A stretch of DNA of 64,000 nt from Alphaproteobacteria bacterium (GTDB lineage: Bacteria; Pseudomonadota; Alphaproteobacteria; Bin95). The stretch is from positions 512,001 through 576,000 of the forward strand of contig CAXXWS020000003.1 of the NCBI GenBank assembly GCA_963665325.3, in the 5' to 3' direction. The notes beneath the pieces were generated by a model. It made no database searches, was not told the DNA's origin, and saw only the letters and a list, made by a program, of their open reading frames with translations. Both the position numbers and the translations under genes were made by a program. Positions 15,861 through 25,928 of this stretch are shown piece after piece. Numbering within the stretch: position 1 is the first letter of the stretch; each line of letters begins with the position of its first letter.

Positions 15861-16922
15861 GTGAAATTCGGCTGGCTGACGCTTTCGGCCTCGCCGGCGC
15901 CGGAAGCCGACCGGGAGCGTATCGCCGACCAGATCGCGCTCGTGGAGGCCGCGGAGGCGGCGGGCTTCTCCGATGTCTGGCTGACCGAGCATTATTTCAC
16001 CGGCGAGAGCGTCTATTGCGACGCGCTTACCTTCGCCGCCGCGCTTGCCATGCGCACGACGCGCTTGCGCATCGGCTTCGCCGTGGTGCAGGCGCCGTTC
16101 CACCATCCGGTGCGGCTTGCCACACAGCTCTCCCTGCTCGACAACCTCTCCGGCGGGCGCATCGACATCGGCATCGGCAAGGGCACGGTCTACAACGAAT
16201 ACGAGTTCATCGGCTACGGCCTGCGCAGCGGCGATTCCCGCGCGCGCATGGCCGAGACCGTCTCCATCCTCGAGCGGGTGTGGACCGAGGCGCCGTTCCG
16301 CCACAAGGGCGCGTTCCACGAGTTCGAGATGCCGGAGCTTCGCCCGCGGCCGGTGCAGCAGCCGGGGCCGCCGCTCTGGCGCTCGGCGATCTCGCCCGCG
16401 TCGTTCCGGGAATGCGGCGAGGCCGGGCTGCCGCTGCTGACCACGCGCCTGCCGCTGGAGGGAATCCCGGCGCGCTGGAAACTCTACGGCGAGGGGCTGG
16501 AGGCCGGCGGCCATGCGCCTGCAAAGCGCGCCCGCCTGCTGGGCGACGCGGCGGTCTGGCGCAATGTCTATGTGGCGGGTTCGGACGCCGAGGCCGAAGA
16601 CCGGCTGTACGAACATCTGGTGGCGACCCGCGCCCATATCATGCATCTGCGCGCGGCGCTCAACCCGCCGGATTTCGAGATCGACCCGGCCATGCTCAAC
16701 GCGATGAGCGACCCCTCGGTCTCCGACGGCGAGGCCGTCGCTCAGGCGATGGATACCGGCTCGATCTGGGGCTCGCCCGCCCGGGTGCGCGAGCAGGTGG
16801 CGGCCCTCGGCGATGCCGGCGTCGGCCATCTGCTGTGCCAGACCGCGTTTGGCGCCATGGAGCGCGAGGAGGCGCTCGCCAACATGCGCGCCTTCTCCGA
16901 GGCGGTGATCTCCCGGCCTTGA
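15861..16922 (+). CDS. luciferase-like (LLM) flavin-dependent monooxygenase
   Basis: MKFGW.., AEAAGFSDVWLTEHYF, HPVRLA..LDNLSGGR, PRPVQQPGPPLW. Confidence 0.9.
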   Translation: MKFGWLTLSASPAPEADRERIADQIALVEAAEAAGFSDVWLTEHYFTGESVYCDALTFAAALAMRTTRLRIGFAVVQAPFHHPVRLATQLSLLDNLSGGRIDIGIGKGTVYNEYEFIGYGLRSGDSRARMAETVSILERVWTEAPFRHKGAFHEFEMPELRPRPVQQPGPPLWRSAISPASFRECGEAGLPLLTTRLPLEGIPARWKLYGEGLEAGGHAPAKRARLLGDAAVWRNVYVAGSDAEAEDRLYEHLVATRAHIMHLRAALNPPDFEIDPAMLNAMSDPSVSDGEAVAQAMDTGSIWGSPARVREQVAALGDAGVGHLLCQTAFGAMEREEALANMRAFSEAVISRP

Positions 16923-16937
16923 GTCTGGCGCGAAGGC

Positions 16938-18179
16938 CTACTCGGCTGCGGCTGCGGGGGCTTTCAGGTCGGTCGAATATTTGATCGAGACCGGGGCTTC
17001 GGCCTCGAAGGGGCTCTTGAGGTCGAGCTCCTTCGCGATCTCGCGGATCGCCGGGAAGACCTCCGTGCCGATCATGCGGATGCAGGTCATCGAGTCCTCC
17101 TGGCTGACGGTCCCGTCATTGCCCCAGAGCGCCAGGATGCCGGGCCGCGTCTCCTCCAGGATGCGCCGCAGCTTCGGCACCACCGTGTCCGGCGTGCCGG
17201 CAATGATGCGCAGATCCTCCATCTGCTGCTCGAAGCTCGTCTGGCCGCGCGGATTGGCCCGGCGCCCGGCGGCGAACTCCACGAAAGCGCGGCGGTTGCG
17301 CGGCGAGGAATAGCCGGACGGCGTTGACCAGACGGGGTGTGCCAGGCCCGTGAACTCGCCCTGCATCCAGCGGAACTGGCGCGCGTTCTCGATCGCCTTC
17401 TCCTCATTGTCCGAGACATGCACCTGGATCAGGTAGCCCCGGTTGTCCGGGCCGGCCTCGTAGCCGGCTTCCAGCGCCACTTCGTCATAGACGTCCCAGA
17501 TCTTCTTGGTGTCGGCGATGGAGGTGTTGAGCGCGATGTAGGGGTAGCGCTGCTGCGCCGCCCACACGATGGTCTCGCGGCTGATCACGCCCGGCACCCA
17601 GACGCGCGGATAGGGCTTCTGCAGCGGCACCGCCCAGGGGTTCACCACCCGGTTCTGGTAGTGCTTGCCCTCGAAGCGGAACGGACCGGTTTCGGTCCAT
17701 GCGCGGACGACGAGGTCGTGCGCCTCCTCGAAGCGCTCGCGGTTGTAGGCGGGGTTGACGCCGGCGGCGAGCTGCTCCTGGCCGCCGCCGCGCACGAAGC
17801 CGGAGACGAGGCGGCCCTTCGAGATCATGTCGATCATCGCCAGCTCTTCCGCCAGCCGGACCGGGTTCTCCGACAGCGGCAGCGGGTTGCCGAGCATGAC
17901 GATCTTCACCTTCTCGGTCATGCCCGCCAGGATCGCCGCGAAGATATTGGCCTTGGCCTGCATGCAGAACGGCGCATTGTGGTGCTCGTTCAGCATGATG
18001 CCATCCACGCCGACTTCCTCGGCGTAGAGATATTGCTCCAGGAACTCGTTGTAGAGCCGGCTGCCGTCCACCGGGTCGAAATAGCGGTTGGAGAACATCA
18101 GCGCCGTCGCGCCGAACTCCAGGCCCTTGTCCGCCGGGTAGGTGGCCATGGGCTGCTCGGTGAAATACATGAGGTGCAT
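16938..18179 (-). CDS. luciferase-like (LLM) flavin-dependent monooxygenase
   Basis: DGIMLNEHH, NPVRLAEELAMIDMISKGRLVSGFVRG, PLQKPYPRVW. Confidence 0.9.
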   Translation of the reverse strand: MHLMYFTEQPMATYPADKGLEFGATALMFSNRYFDPVDGSRLYNEFLEQYLYAEEVGVDGIMLNEHHNAPFCMQAKANIFAAILAGMTEKVKIVMLGNPLPLSENPVRLAEELAMIDMISKGRLVSGFVRGGGQEQLAAGVNPAYNRERFEEAHDLVVRAWTETGPFRFEGKHYQNRVVNPWAVPLQKPYPRVWVPGVISRETIVWAAQQRYPYIALNTSIADTKKIWDVYDEVALEAGYEAGPDNRGYLIQVHVSDNEEKAIENARQFRWMQGEFTGLAHPVWSTPSGYSSPRNRRAFVEFAAGRRANPRGQTSFEQQMEDLRIIAGTPDTVVPKLRRILEETRPGILALWGNDGTVSQEDSMTCIRMIGTEVFPAIREIAKELDLKSPFEAEAPVSIKYSTDLKAPAAAAE

Positions 18180-18185
18180 CGGTCG

Positions 18186-18974
18186 TTACTCCCCGATGAA
18201 GTCCTGAACGAGCCGCGCCAGCGCGTCCGGGCGCTCCAGCGCGACGGCATGGCCGCAATCCGCGACGGTTTCGAGCCGGGCGTTCGGCAGGGCGGCGGCA
18301 TACTGTTCCGCGCAGTCCGCAGGCACCACCTCGTCATCCGCACCGTGCACGACCAGCGCCGGCGCGGTGACGCTGCCCAGCAGCGGCGCGAGCGTCTGGC
18401 TGTACATGTAGGGCTTCCAGGCGATGCGGAAGCACATCTCGCGGCAGATGTCCCAAGCCTCCAGCTGGTCGGTCGTGGGCTCGCGCCCATAGACGGCGTC
18501 GAAGGCGGCGGGATCCTTGAAGAACGCCTCGGCGTAGTCGATATAGCCGATCAGCGCCTGGTCGAGGATGAAGCCCTCGCGCGGCTGGAGGCCCATGGCG
18601 CCGACCAGCACCAGCCGGTCCACGTCCGCGGGCGCCATGCTCGCCATCTCGGCCGCCACCCAGCCGCCGAAGCCGAGCCCGACCAGGCTCGCGCGCCCGA
18701 TTCCGAGCCCGGCGAGCAGGCCGCGATAGAGCACGGCCAGGTCGCGCACGCTGCGCATCCACTCCGCCCGCTCGCTGCCGAGGCCGAAACCGGGGTGGAC
18801 CGGCATCAGCACGTCATGTGCGCCCGAAAGCGCCTGGGCGAAGTCCGCGCGGTCGGGGCAGCCGATATCGTGGTGCAGGATCACGACCGGGCTGCCCGTG
18901 CCGCACCGGCAATAGCGCACCGGCACCCCCGCCACGCTCGTTTCCCGCCAATTGTCACCGCAACCCCCGGCCAT
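18186..18974 (-). CDS. alpha/beta hydrolase-fold protein with Gly at the nucleophile position
   Basis: VILHH, HPGFG, LVGLGFGGW, HGADDEVVP, CGH motifs. Confidence 0.85.
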   Translation of the reverse strand: MAGGCGDNWRETSVAGVPVRYCRCGTGSPVVILHHDIGCPDRADFAQALSGAHDVLMPVHPGFGLGSERAEWMRSVRDLAVLYRGLLAGLGIGRASLVGLGFGGWVAAEMASMAPADVDRLVLVGAMGLQPREGFILDQALIGYIDYAEAFFKDPAAFDAVYGREPTTDQLEAWDICREMCFRIAWKPYMYSQTLAPLLGSVTAPALVVHGADDEVVPADCAEQYAAALPNARLETVADCGHAVALERPDALARLVQDFIGE

Positions 18975-19047
18975 CCGGCTTCCCCCTCTCTCGCGACTTG
19001 AGTGCAAAGCTAACACGCCCGGCAGGGCCAGCAAGCGGCAATAGCGG

Positions 19048-20118
19048 CTACATTCCGGCGGACTGCAATCGTTCCAGCGCGATGCCCAACACGCGGTCGT
19101 CGAAAATCCTGCGCTTGCGCTGTCCCCACTCGGGCCCGGCCGGCCATGCGGCAATGGCGTCCGCGATTGCAGGAACCTCCGGGGCGCAGCCTTCCCGATG
19201 CAGGAGCCAATCGACCGTGGCCAGCAATTCCATGCCGAAGGGTGACTGAAAACCGTCTATCAACTCGTCGGTCTTCTCGACAACCGCCCCGTAGCCGTTT
19301 GTCTCAGATGTTCGGAGAAATGCTTCGACTCGGTCGGAACGGTCGTAACGGCACCGCACGACATCGAAGGGCTTGGCGTCCGGGATACGGACGTCGGAAT
19401 GGAGATAGCTGCCGTCCAGCCCGTCAAGCAGATGCGTCAGCCGGTGCGAATAAGGACCGTAGCGCCCGGCTTCGAATCGCAATTCCATGCAGTCGTGCAG
19501 CTCCATGACGGCTGCGGACCGCTCGGCGAACCAGGCAAGCTTCTGCATTTCAAGCAGGCTGCATTCGAAGCCCAGCACCTCGTACCGGCGCAACAGGCCG
19601 GCCATAGTAGCTCGCGCCGGAGTGAGCGTTTCGACACCGGCGCGCTTGCTCACATTGCGGTATTCGTCCGTCGGCTCGAAGACAATGACCCGGACGCCCT
19701 CAAGTTCGCCAAGATGCTCGTCGATGCGCGGCCGCACGTCATTCCAGTCAAGCCCGCCATTGCCGGCTCCGAGAGGCGGCAGGGCGATGGAACGGACACC
19801 CTCCTCCCGCACCAGCGTGGCCAATTCCGCAAGGCCGCTCTCGATCCACTCCATGCGCGACTTGCCGCGCCAGTGGTCCTTGGTCGCGAAGTTCACGATC
19901 AACCGGGGGCCGACCAACTCGTTTGTGCGATGAACGAACAGGCCGCCGGGCCGGAGTTCGCCGGCCTTGCACGCTGCCCGGTACGAGCGGTAGTTCTCCG
20001 GGAACGCCTCGCGAAACATCAGCGCGACGCCCTTGCCCATCACACCGACACAGTTGACGGTGTTGACCAGCGCCTCGGCTTCGGCGTCGAGGAGATTCCC
20101 CGTCCCGCTTTCGATCAC
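19048..20118 (-). CDS. darG: macrodomain protein, DarG-like (ADP-ribosyl hydrolase antitoxin)
   Basis: GNLLDAEAEALVNTVNCVGVMGKGVAL, NFATKDHWR, SIALPPLGAGNGGLDW; C-domain LLEMQKLAWF, YGPY, GFQSPFGMELLATVDW. Confidence 0.85.
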   Translation of the reverse strand: MIESGTGNLLDAEAEALVNTVNCVGVMGKGVALMFREAFPENYRSYRAACKAGELRPGGLFVHRTNELVGPRLIVNFATKDHWRGKSRMEWIESGLAELATLVREEGVRSIALPPLGAGNGGLDWNDVRPRIDEHLGELEGVRVIVFEPTDEYRNVSKRAGVETLTPARATMAGLLRRYEVLGFECSLLEMQKLAWFAERSAAVMELHDCMELRFEAGRYGPYSHRLTHLLDGLDGSYLHSDVRIPDAKPFDVVRCRYDRSDRVEAFLRTSETNGYGAVVEKTDELIDGFQSPFGMELLATVDWLLHREGCAPEVPAIADAIAAWPAGPEWGQRKRRIFDDRVLGIALERLQSAGM

Positions 20119-20152
20119 AGGAAGCCTTGAGAAAGCTGTTCCATGTTATATC

Positions 20153-20953
20153 TCACTCCTCTCCCAAGTTTTGCGGGTGTTTGATCTCCAATCCAAGTAT
20201 TATCGCCAATTGATCCAACGCATATATATCGGTCAAGAACCACTCCTGTCCAGCACCGCGCTCATTCGGTCTCTTGTTCCTGAAGTGGCCGAACTTAATC
20301 AAGGTTTCATGGAATTGTTCCTCGATGGTCCCCCACTTATCTTTAGAATTTTCAAAATCATCTCGACCATAAATTCTTAGCAGAACTGGTATTTCAGGAA
20401 GTCCCGTTACATTTTGCTCCGCAGCTCTCTTTTTTGCATCTACATTGCTTTTGCCAACCTTCAACAAGGTCCGATTACTTTCTCGATCATCATCAGATAC
20501 TCGGACCGGATATTTTTGATAGTGAGGAAGAGTATATACGTATATCCCGGGAATCGTCAGCTCTTCCGCCTTCGCAGTTTCATCTTCCTGTTGAGCTTGC
20601 TCTTGCTCAATCTTTGTTTGATTCCTTGCAATTTCATGACATTTATTCCATAAAGATTCCAAATAGTATTTCGCTTCATGATTTAGTGTTTTCTCATGCA
20701 TGTCCAAAAATCCCCTAATTCTACCGCGAACAATTAAGGCAATTGATGGGCTTCCCGGAATTTTCTCCTCTTCAATTGCACTCAATGTCCTCAATATATC
20801 ATAGACTGTTCCTACACTAATGCCTAGTTGATCTGCTAATTGTGCTGCTCTAATCGTTTGGTCATTCTTTCTCAATTTCCAAAGTTTCTCGACGAAGTGA
20901 GCCTGTGTGTTCAAGCACTCTTCAATGTTTCGTCTGATGGCCTCATTAAGCAT
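20153..20953 (-). CDS. HTH + T5orf172/GIY-YIG-like nuclease domain protein (AT-rich)
   Basis: AQLADQLGISVGTV (HTH); GIYVY...LLKVGKS....R....TGLPE.P...EEQFH...QEWF. Markedly AT-rich compared with the flanks. Confidence 0.75.
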   Translation of the reverse strand: MLNEAIRRNIEECLNTQAHFVEKLWKLRKNDQTIRAAQLADQLGISVGTVYDILRTLSAIEEEKIPGSPSIALIVRGRIRGFLDMHEKTLNHEAKYYLESLWNKCHEIARNQTKIEQEQAQQEDETAKAEELTIPGIYVYTLPHYQKYPVRVSDDDRESNRTLLKVGKSNVDAKKRAAEQNVTGLPEIPVLLRIYGRDDFENSKDKWGTIEEQFHETLIKFGHFRNKRPNERGAGQEWFLTDIYALDQLAIILGLEIKHPQNLGEE

Positions 20954-21014
20954 CGCGAACGATTCCTTACCAGTCTTGCGGCACTTCAACGGCGAATAAC
21001 GTACACCCCCGCAC

Positions 21015-22751
21015 TCATGCAATCCTGTCGCCCTGTTCGATCTTGGGGGTGGCAGTTCGGTTGTCCATGCCGGGGAGCATCTGGGCGGGGTCTCGGGTGA
21101 CGACGACATCGACGACGCTCGGGCGGTCGCGTTCGGCGATGGCCTCGGCGAAGGCGGCGTCGAGGTCGGCCGGGTCCTCGACGCGCACGCCGTGGCAGCC
21201 GAGCGCGCGCGCCGCCTCGGCATAGTTCGTTTCGGAAAGGTCGGAGGACTGGTAGCGCGCGCCGTACATGGCGTGCTGGAGCGCCTTCACATAGCCCGAC
21301 GCGGCATTGTTGACGACCGCGACCGTGACGCCGAGGCCGAGGCGGCGTGCGGTCTCGATCTCGCCGAGGGTCATGTTGAAGCCGCCGTCGCCGGAGAGCG
21401 CGACCACCGGCCGGTCGCCGGCGGCGAGCGCCGCGCCCATGCCGCCCGGCAGGCCGTAGCCGATGGAGGCGAAGCCGCGGTCGGCGATATAGGTGCGGCC
21501 CGCCTGCCGCGTGTCATAGAGCAGTCCCGTCCAGTGGCCGGCGAAGCCGCCGTCGGCGACCAGAATGCCGTCGTCGGGGAGCGCGGTGCGGATGGCGTGG
21601 ACCAGCCGGGCCATGTTGACCGGGCTTTCCGCGCTCTCATAGCGCGCGCGGGCTTCCTCGCGCCAGGCGGCATGGCGGCGGGCGGCCTCGCCGGTCCAGG
21701 CGCTGCGGTCGATGCGCGCGTCGCAGGCCGCCGCCAGATCGTCGAGACCGGCCGCGGCATCCCCCCATAGGCCGACATGCGTGCGCGCCGCGCGCCCGAT
21801 CTCGCCCGCCTCGATTTCCAGGTGGATGAGCGGGATATGCGCGGGCGGCAGCGTGTAGCGCTTCGTTGCGATCTCGCCGAGCTTGCAGCCGACCGCGACG
21901 ATGGCGTCGGCCTCGTCGATCAGGCCGTTGGCGATGCGGTCATAGCGCCCGAACAGGCCCATGGAGAGCGGGTGCGTGCAGGCGAGCGCGCCCTTGCCGG
22001 ACATGGTGTGTGCGACCGGCACGCCGTGCGTCTCGGCGAAATGCCGGAGCGCCTCCCAGGCCTCGGAGAGGTGGATGCCGCCGCCGGCGAGCAGCAAGGG
22101 CCGCTCGGCACGGTCGAGGATTGCCGCCGCTCGCTCCACCGCGGCCGCGTCGGGGCGGCAGCGAAGCGAGGGGATGCGCTTGCACGCCTCGTCCACATGG
22201 AGCGCTTCCTCGCGGAAATCGAACTCGCCATGCGCGATGTCTTCCGGCACGTCGAGGATAACCGGGCCCGGCCGGCCGCTCGTCGCCACCGCAAAGGCGC
22301 GCCGCACATGCTCCGGGATGCGCTCGCCCACCTCGACCCGGATCACCTCCTTCACCGCCGGTGCCAGCATCTCGATCTGGCGGGTCTCCTGGGTCATGTT
22401 CTTCCAGGCATGCGTCCGGTTGGCGTCGCCCACGACCGCGATCATCGGCACGCCGGCATTCAGCGATTCCACAAGCCCGGTCAGCAGGTTGGTCGCGCCG
22501 GGGCCGAGCGTCGCATCGACCACGCCCGGCCGCCCGGTCACGCGCGCCCAGGCGTCGGCGGCGAAGGCTCCGCAGCGCTCGTCGTTGATGAGCGTGTGGG
22601 TCATGCCGAGTTCGCGCACGCCGTCATAGAAGGGCAAAAGCTGGAAGCCCGCCATGCCCCAGATCGGCGCGCCTCCGTATGCGTTCAGCATCTCGGCGAC
22701 GGCACGGCCTCCGTTCATTCGCCGCGTCGGGTCGTTGCGCCGGTCGGTCAT
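21015..22751 (-). CDS. thiamine pyrophosphate-binding enzyme (acetolactate synthase-like)
   Basis: DERCGAFAAD, TLGPGATN, GRPGPV, SIGYGLPG, GDGGFNM...NN TPP motif. Confidence 0.9.
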   Translation of the reverse strand: MTDRRNDPTRRMNGGRAVAEMLNAYGGAPIWGMAGFQLLPFYDGVRELGMTHTLINDERCGAFAADAWARVTGRPGVVDATLGPGATNLLTGLVESLNAGVPMIAVVGDANRTHAWKNMTQETRQIEMLAPAVKEVIRVEVGERIPEHVRRAFAVATSGRPGPVILDVPEDIAHGEFDFREEALHVDEACKRIPSLRCRPDAAAVERAAAILDRAERPLLLAGGGIHLSEAWEALRHFAETHGVPVAHTMSGKGALACTHPLSMGLFGRYDRIANGLIDEADAIVAVGCKLGEIATKRYTLPPAHIPLIHLEIEAGEIGRAARTHVGLWGDAAAGLDDLAAACDARIDRSAWTGEAARRHAAWREEARARYESAESPVNMARLVHAIRTALPDDGILVADGGFAGHWTGLLYDTRQAGRTYIADRGFASIGYGLPGGMGAALAAGDRPVVALSGDGGFNMTLGEIETARRLGLGVTVAVVNNAASGYVKALQHAMYGARYQSSDLSETNYAEAARALGCHGVRVEDPADLDAAFAEAIAERDRPSVVDVVVTRDPAQMLPGMDNRTATPKIEQGDRIA

Positions 22752-23518
22752 GCGAAAAGCTCCGCGAATTCGGGAAGGGTCATGCCGGGCGCAGCACCCG
22801 CGGCGCGGGCCAGGCTGTTGGCGGCGGAAATCCGCCCGGTGTTCCAGAGCGAGCGGGCGTCGCCGATGCGCGCGGTCTCGCCCGCCACGGCCGCGGCCGG
22901 CACGCCCATATCCGCGCAGGGCTCCAGCCGGCCGATGCCGGCCTCGTCGCAGCCCATGCCGGCATCGTGGCAGACGACGGCCCGCACGACATGGTGGATG
23001 ACATAGCCTGGATTGCCGGGTAGCAGCGCGCCGTGGCTTCCGGAGACGACAACCATGTCGCCGTCCGAGGCTTGCAGCAGCGACAGCGAGTCGAGGCCGA
23101 CCACCCCCGGAGCAAGCTCCATTCTCGCCTCCTCCTGCGGCGGCAGGCTGCCCGAAGGCTCCGGGGCCTCCGCAAGCAGAGCGCCCGCTTCCGCCGCGCC
23201 CATGCCGATGCGGCAGCCGGCGCGGGAGGCGGCGTCGTTGACGGCGGAAAGCACGCCTCGCCGGGCCATGTCGGCGCCGTCGCCGATGCGCGCGCTCATA
23301 TAGTCGATGGCGGCCGCCGCCATGCCGATCGTGTCCAGCAGGGCCAGCGCCCCGACACCCGCCCGGTCCAGCCCGAAGCCCGCGTCGTTCAGCATCACGG
23401 CCCGCAGCCCCGCCTTTGCCGCCACGCCGGCGCAGTAGGCTCCGCCATGGCTGCCGGCCAGCACCACGCGGCCGCGATGGGCGGGTTCGACATGCGTGAT
23501 CGAGTCGATGACGATCAT
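22748..23518 (-). CDS. conserved hypothetical protein with an internal domain duplication
   Basis: Two copies of DS...VV.GSHG...[NH]DAG.G.D.AG...ARIGD...G..SA.N..A. Confidence 0.75.
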   Translation of the reverse strand: MIVIDSITHVEPAHRGRVVLAGSHGGAYCAGVAAKAGLRAVMLNDAGFGLDRAGVGALALLDTIGMAAAAIDYMSARIGDGADMARRGVLSAVNDAASRAGCRIGMGAAEAGALLAEAPEPSGSLPPQEEARMELAPGVVGLDSLSLLQASDGDMVVVSGSHGALLPGNPGYVIHHVVRAVVCHDAGMGCDEAGIGRLEPCADMGVPAAAVAGETARIGDARSLWNTGRISAANSLARAAGAAPGMTLPEFAELFA

Positions 23519-23541
23519 GGGGTCCCTCGCAGGCTGGCGGT

Positions 23542-24966
23542 TCAGGCGGTGAAGACGGGCTTGTCGCCGGGGGCGGGGGTGCCGGAGAAGGCGCCGGTGC
23601 GCATCACGGCCATGCGGCCGCCGTAAGACTCGACCAGCGCATCCTGGCTTGCCCGCGCGCGGCGGTGGACCTCGTCCGGGTCGCAGACCTCGCGCATGGC
23701 CGCCGTCAAGCGGGCGACCGTCTCCGGTTCGCTTGCAGCGAGGTTCCGGCGCTCCTCCGGGTCGGCCTCCAGGTCGAACAGTTCCGGCTCGAAGCCGGTG
23801 TAGCGGATGAGCTTCCACCGGCCCTGCCGCAGCATGAAGCAGCCAGACGCGGCGCCGGCCGCGTGGTACTCGCTGAACACGGCGCGTTCCGGCTCGTCGC
23901 CGAGCGTCCAGAGCGATCTGCCGGGGAGCGCGGGGTCGGGATCGAGGCCCGCGCATTCGAGGATCGCCGGATGGCAGTCCAGCAGCGAAGCCGGCGTGTT
24001 GCTGACCCGGCCGGCCGGCACGCCCGGTCCGGCGGCGATCAGCGGCACGCGGACCGCCTCCTCATACATGTTGGACTTGCCCCAGAGCCCGCGCACGCCG
24101 AGATTCTCGCCGTGGTCGCTGGTGTAGATCACGCGCGTGCTGCCGGCGAGCCCGGCATTCTCCAGCGCAGCGAGCACGCGGCCGATATTGTCGTCTAGGA
24201 AGGTGCACAGCCCGTAATAGGAGGCGATGGCGACCCGGCGCGCCTCATCATTGAAGAAACTGTCATAGGGCTGTGCCTCGGCATAGGCCTCGATCCAGGG
24301 ATGGCGCGGGCGGCGGCGATAGTCCTTCGGCAGCGGCATGTCGGCCGGGTCGTAGAGGGCGAAGAAGGGCTCCGGCGCGATCAGCGGGAAATGCGGGCAG
24401 ACGAAGGAGACGAACAGCGTCCAGGGGCCTTCCGCAGCCGGGGCTTCGTGCGCCAGCCAGCGCACCGCCTCGTCGGCAATCGCGCGGTCGTAGCGCGTAT
24501 AGCCGCTCTCGCCGGGGCCGATCTCGCGCGAAAACTTGGCCCCGCCGAAGCGGACCGGCATCGGGTCCTTGATGGCGCCATATACGTCGCCCTTGCCGTC
24601 CACCACGTGCATCGGGCGGATCTGGGTGTCGAAGCCGGTCGGGTCGGCCTCGTCGCGGTAATGCAGCTTGCCGATGGAGAGCACCGGGCGGCCCGCCGCC
24701 TGAAGCGCGTGGCCCCAGCCCGGCACGCTGCCGTCATAGGGGTGGCCGTTATCCCAGGCGCCGATCTCGTGGACATGGCGCCCGGTTGCGAAGGCGGCGC
24801 GGGCCGGCACGCAGATCGGCGAAGGGGTGTAGGCGCTGGAAAAGAGCGTGCCGCGCGCCGCCAGCGCGTCCAGGTGCGGCGTCTGCACGAAAGGGTGGCC
24901 GGAAACGCCCATGGCATTGGCGGAATGCTCGTCGGACATGATGAAGAGCAGGTTCTGAGGCTGCAT
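23542..24966 (-). CDS. sulfatase (choline-sulfatase-like)
   Basis: NLLFIMSDEH, CVPARAAFATG (CxPxR), GKLH, YTSDHG, MYEEAVRVPL. Confidence 0.92.
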   Translation of the reverse strand: MQPQNLLFIMSDEHSANAMGVSGHPFVQTPHLDALAARGTLFSSAYTPSPICVPARAAFATGRHVHEIGAWDNGHPYDGSVPGWGHALQAAGRPVLSIGKLHYRDEADPTGFDTQIRPMHVVDGKGDVYGAIKDPMPVRFGGAKFSREIGPGESGYTRYDRAIADEAVRWLAHEAPAAEGPWTLFVSFVCPHFPLIAPEPFFALYDPADMPLPKDYRRRPRHPWIEAYAEAQPYDSFFNDEARRVAIASYYGLCTFLDDNIGRVLAALENAGLAGSTRVIYTSDHGENLGVRGLWGKSNMYEEAVRVPLIAAGPGVPAGRVSNTPASLLDCHPAILECAGLDPDPALPGRSLWTLGDEPERAVFSEYHAAGAASGCFMLRQGRWKLIRYTGFEPELFDLEADPEERRNLAASEPETVARLTAAMREVCDPDEVHRRARASQDALVESYGGRMAVMRTGAFSGTPAPGDKPVFTA

Positions 24967-25109
24967 GGTGCGGCGTCTCTCCGCCCGGAGCGGGCGCGCG
25001 CGATTGAAGCCGATTGCCCCGCACTTTCCAAGACGGGCCTGCGCGCGGCCTGTCTTACTCTCCGGCGAAAGGATAGTCTGGCGCGGACCGGGGCGGGCAG
25101 GGGCAGCTA

Positions 25110-25892
25110 ATGGCCATATTCGGCAAGATCATGGGCGGTGTGCTTGGTTTTGCGCTCGGCGGGCCGCTGGGCGCGCTGCTCGGCGCGGCCGCCGGCCACG
25201 GCCTGATCGACCGGAACCGCAACCGCGCGGTCGAAGGCGGCAATGGGGCGCTGGAGGCCGACGCCGGGGTGGTGTTCGCGCTCGGCGTGATCGCGCTTTC
25301 CGCCAAGGTCGCGAAGGCGGACGGCACGGTCACGCGGGACGAAATCCGCACATTCCAGCGTATCTTCCCGTTCGACCCCGGCGAACGCGACCGGATTTCC
25401 GAGCTCTACAACGAGGCCCGGCGCAGCGCGGACGGCTACGAGGCCTATGCCGAGCAGGTGCGCGGCGCACTCGCCGGGAAGCCCGAACTGCTGGCCGAGG
25501 TGGTGGATGCGCTCTACGCCATCGCCGCGGCGGACGGCGAGCTGCATCCGGCGGAAGACGGCATGATCGCGCGCATCGGGGCGATCTTCGGGCTTAGCGA
25601 ATACGAGATGGCCTCGCTCCGGGCCCGCCATGCCCCCGGCTCGGGGGCCGGGGAAGGCGCCGCAGGCGACGGGGGCAGGGGCGCGGCGGATGCCTATGCC
25701 GTGCTCGGCGTGGAGCCCGGCGCCACGGACGACGAGCTGCGCACCGCACACCGCAAGCTCGTGCGCACCTACCATCCCGACCGTCTGGTCTCGAAGGGCC
25801 TGCCGGAGGAATTCATGACGCTCGCCAACGACCGCCTCGCCGCCATCAACGCCGCTTACGAGACGGTGCGGAAGGAGCGCCGGGCAAGTTGA
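25110..25892 (+). CDS. djlA: DjlA-like co-chaperone (TM + TerB + J domain)
   Basis: GPLGALLG..GH, AKVAKADG.VT, C-terminal J domain with HPD. Confidence 0.85.
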   Translation: MAIFGKIMGGVLGFALGGPLGALLGAAAGHGLIDRNRNRAVEGGNGALEADAGVVFALGVIALSAKVAKADGTVTRDEIRTFQRIFPFDPGERDRISELYNEARRSADGYEAYAEQVRGALAGKPELLAEVVDALYAIAAADGELHPAEDGMIARIGAIFGLSEYEMASLRARHAPGSGAGEGAAGDGGRGAADAYAVLGVEPGATDDELRTAHRKLVRTYHPDRLVSKGLPEEFMTLANDRLAAINAAYETVRKERRAS

Positions 25893-25928
25893 CCCCGCAA
25901 GGCGGCTTTCGATGAGGTGTTGGAAGCG

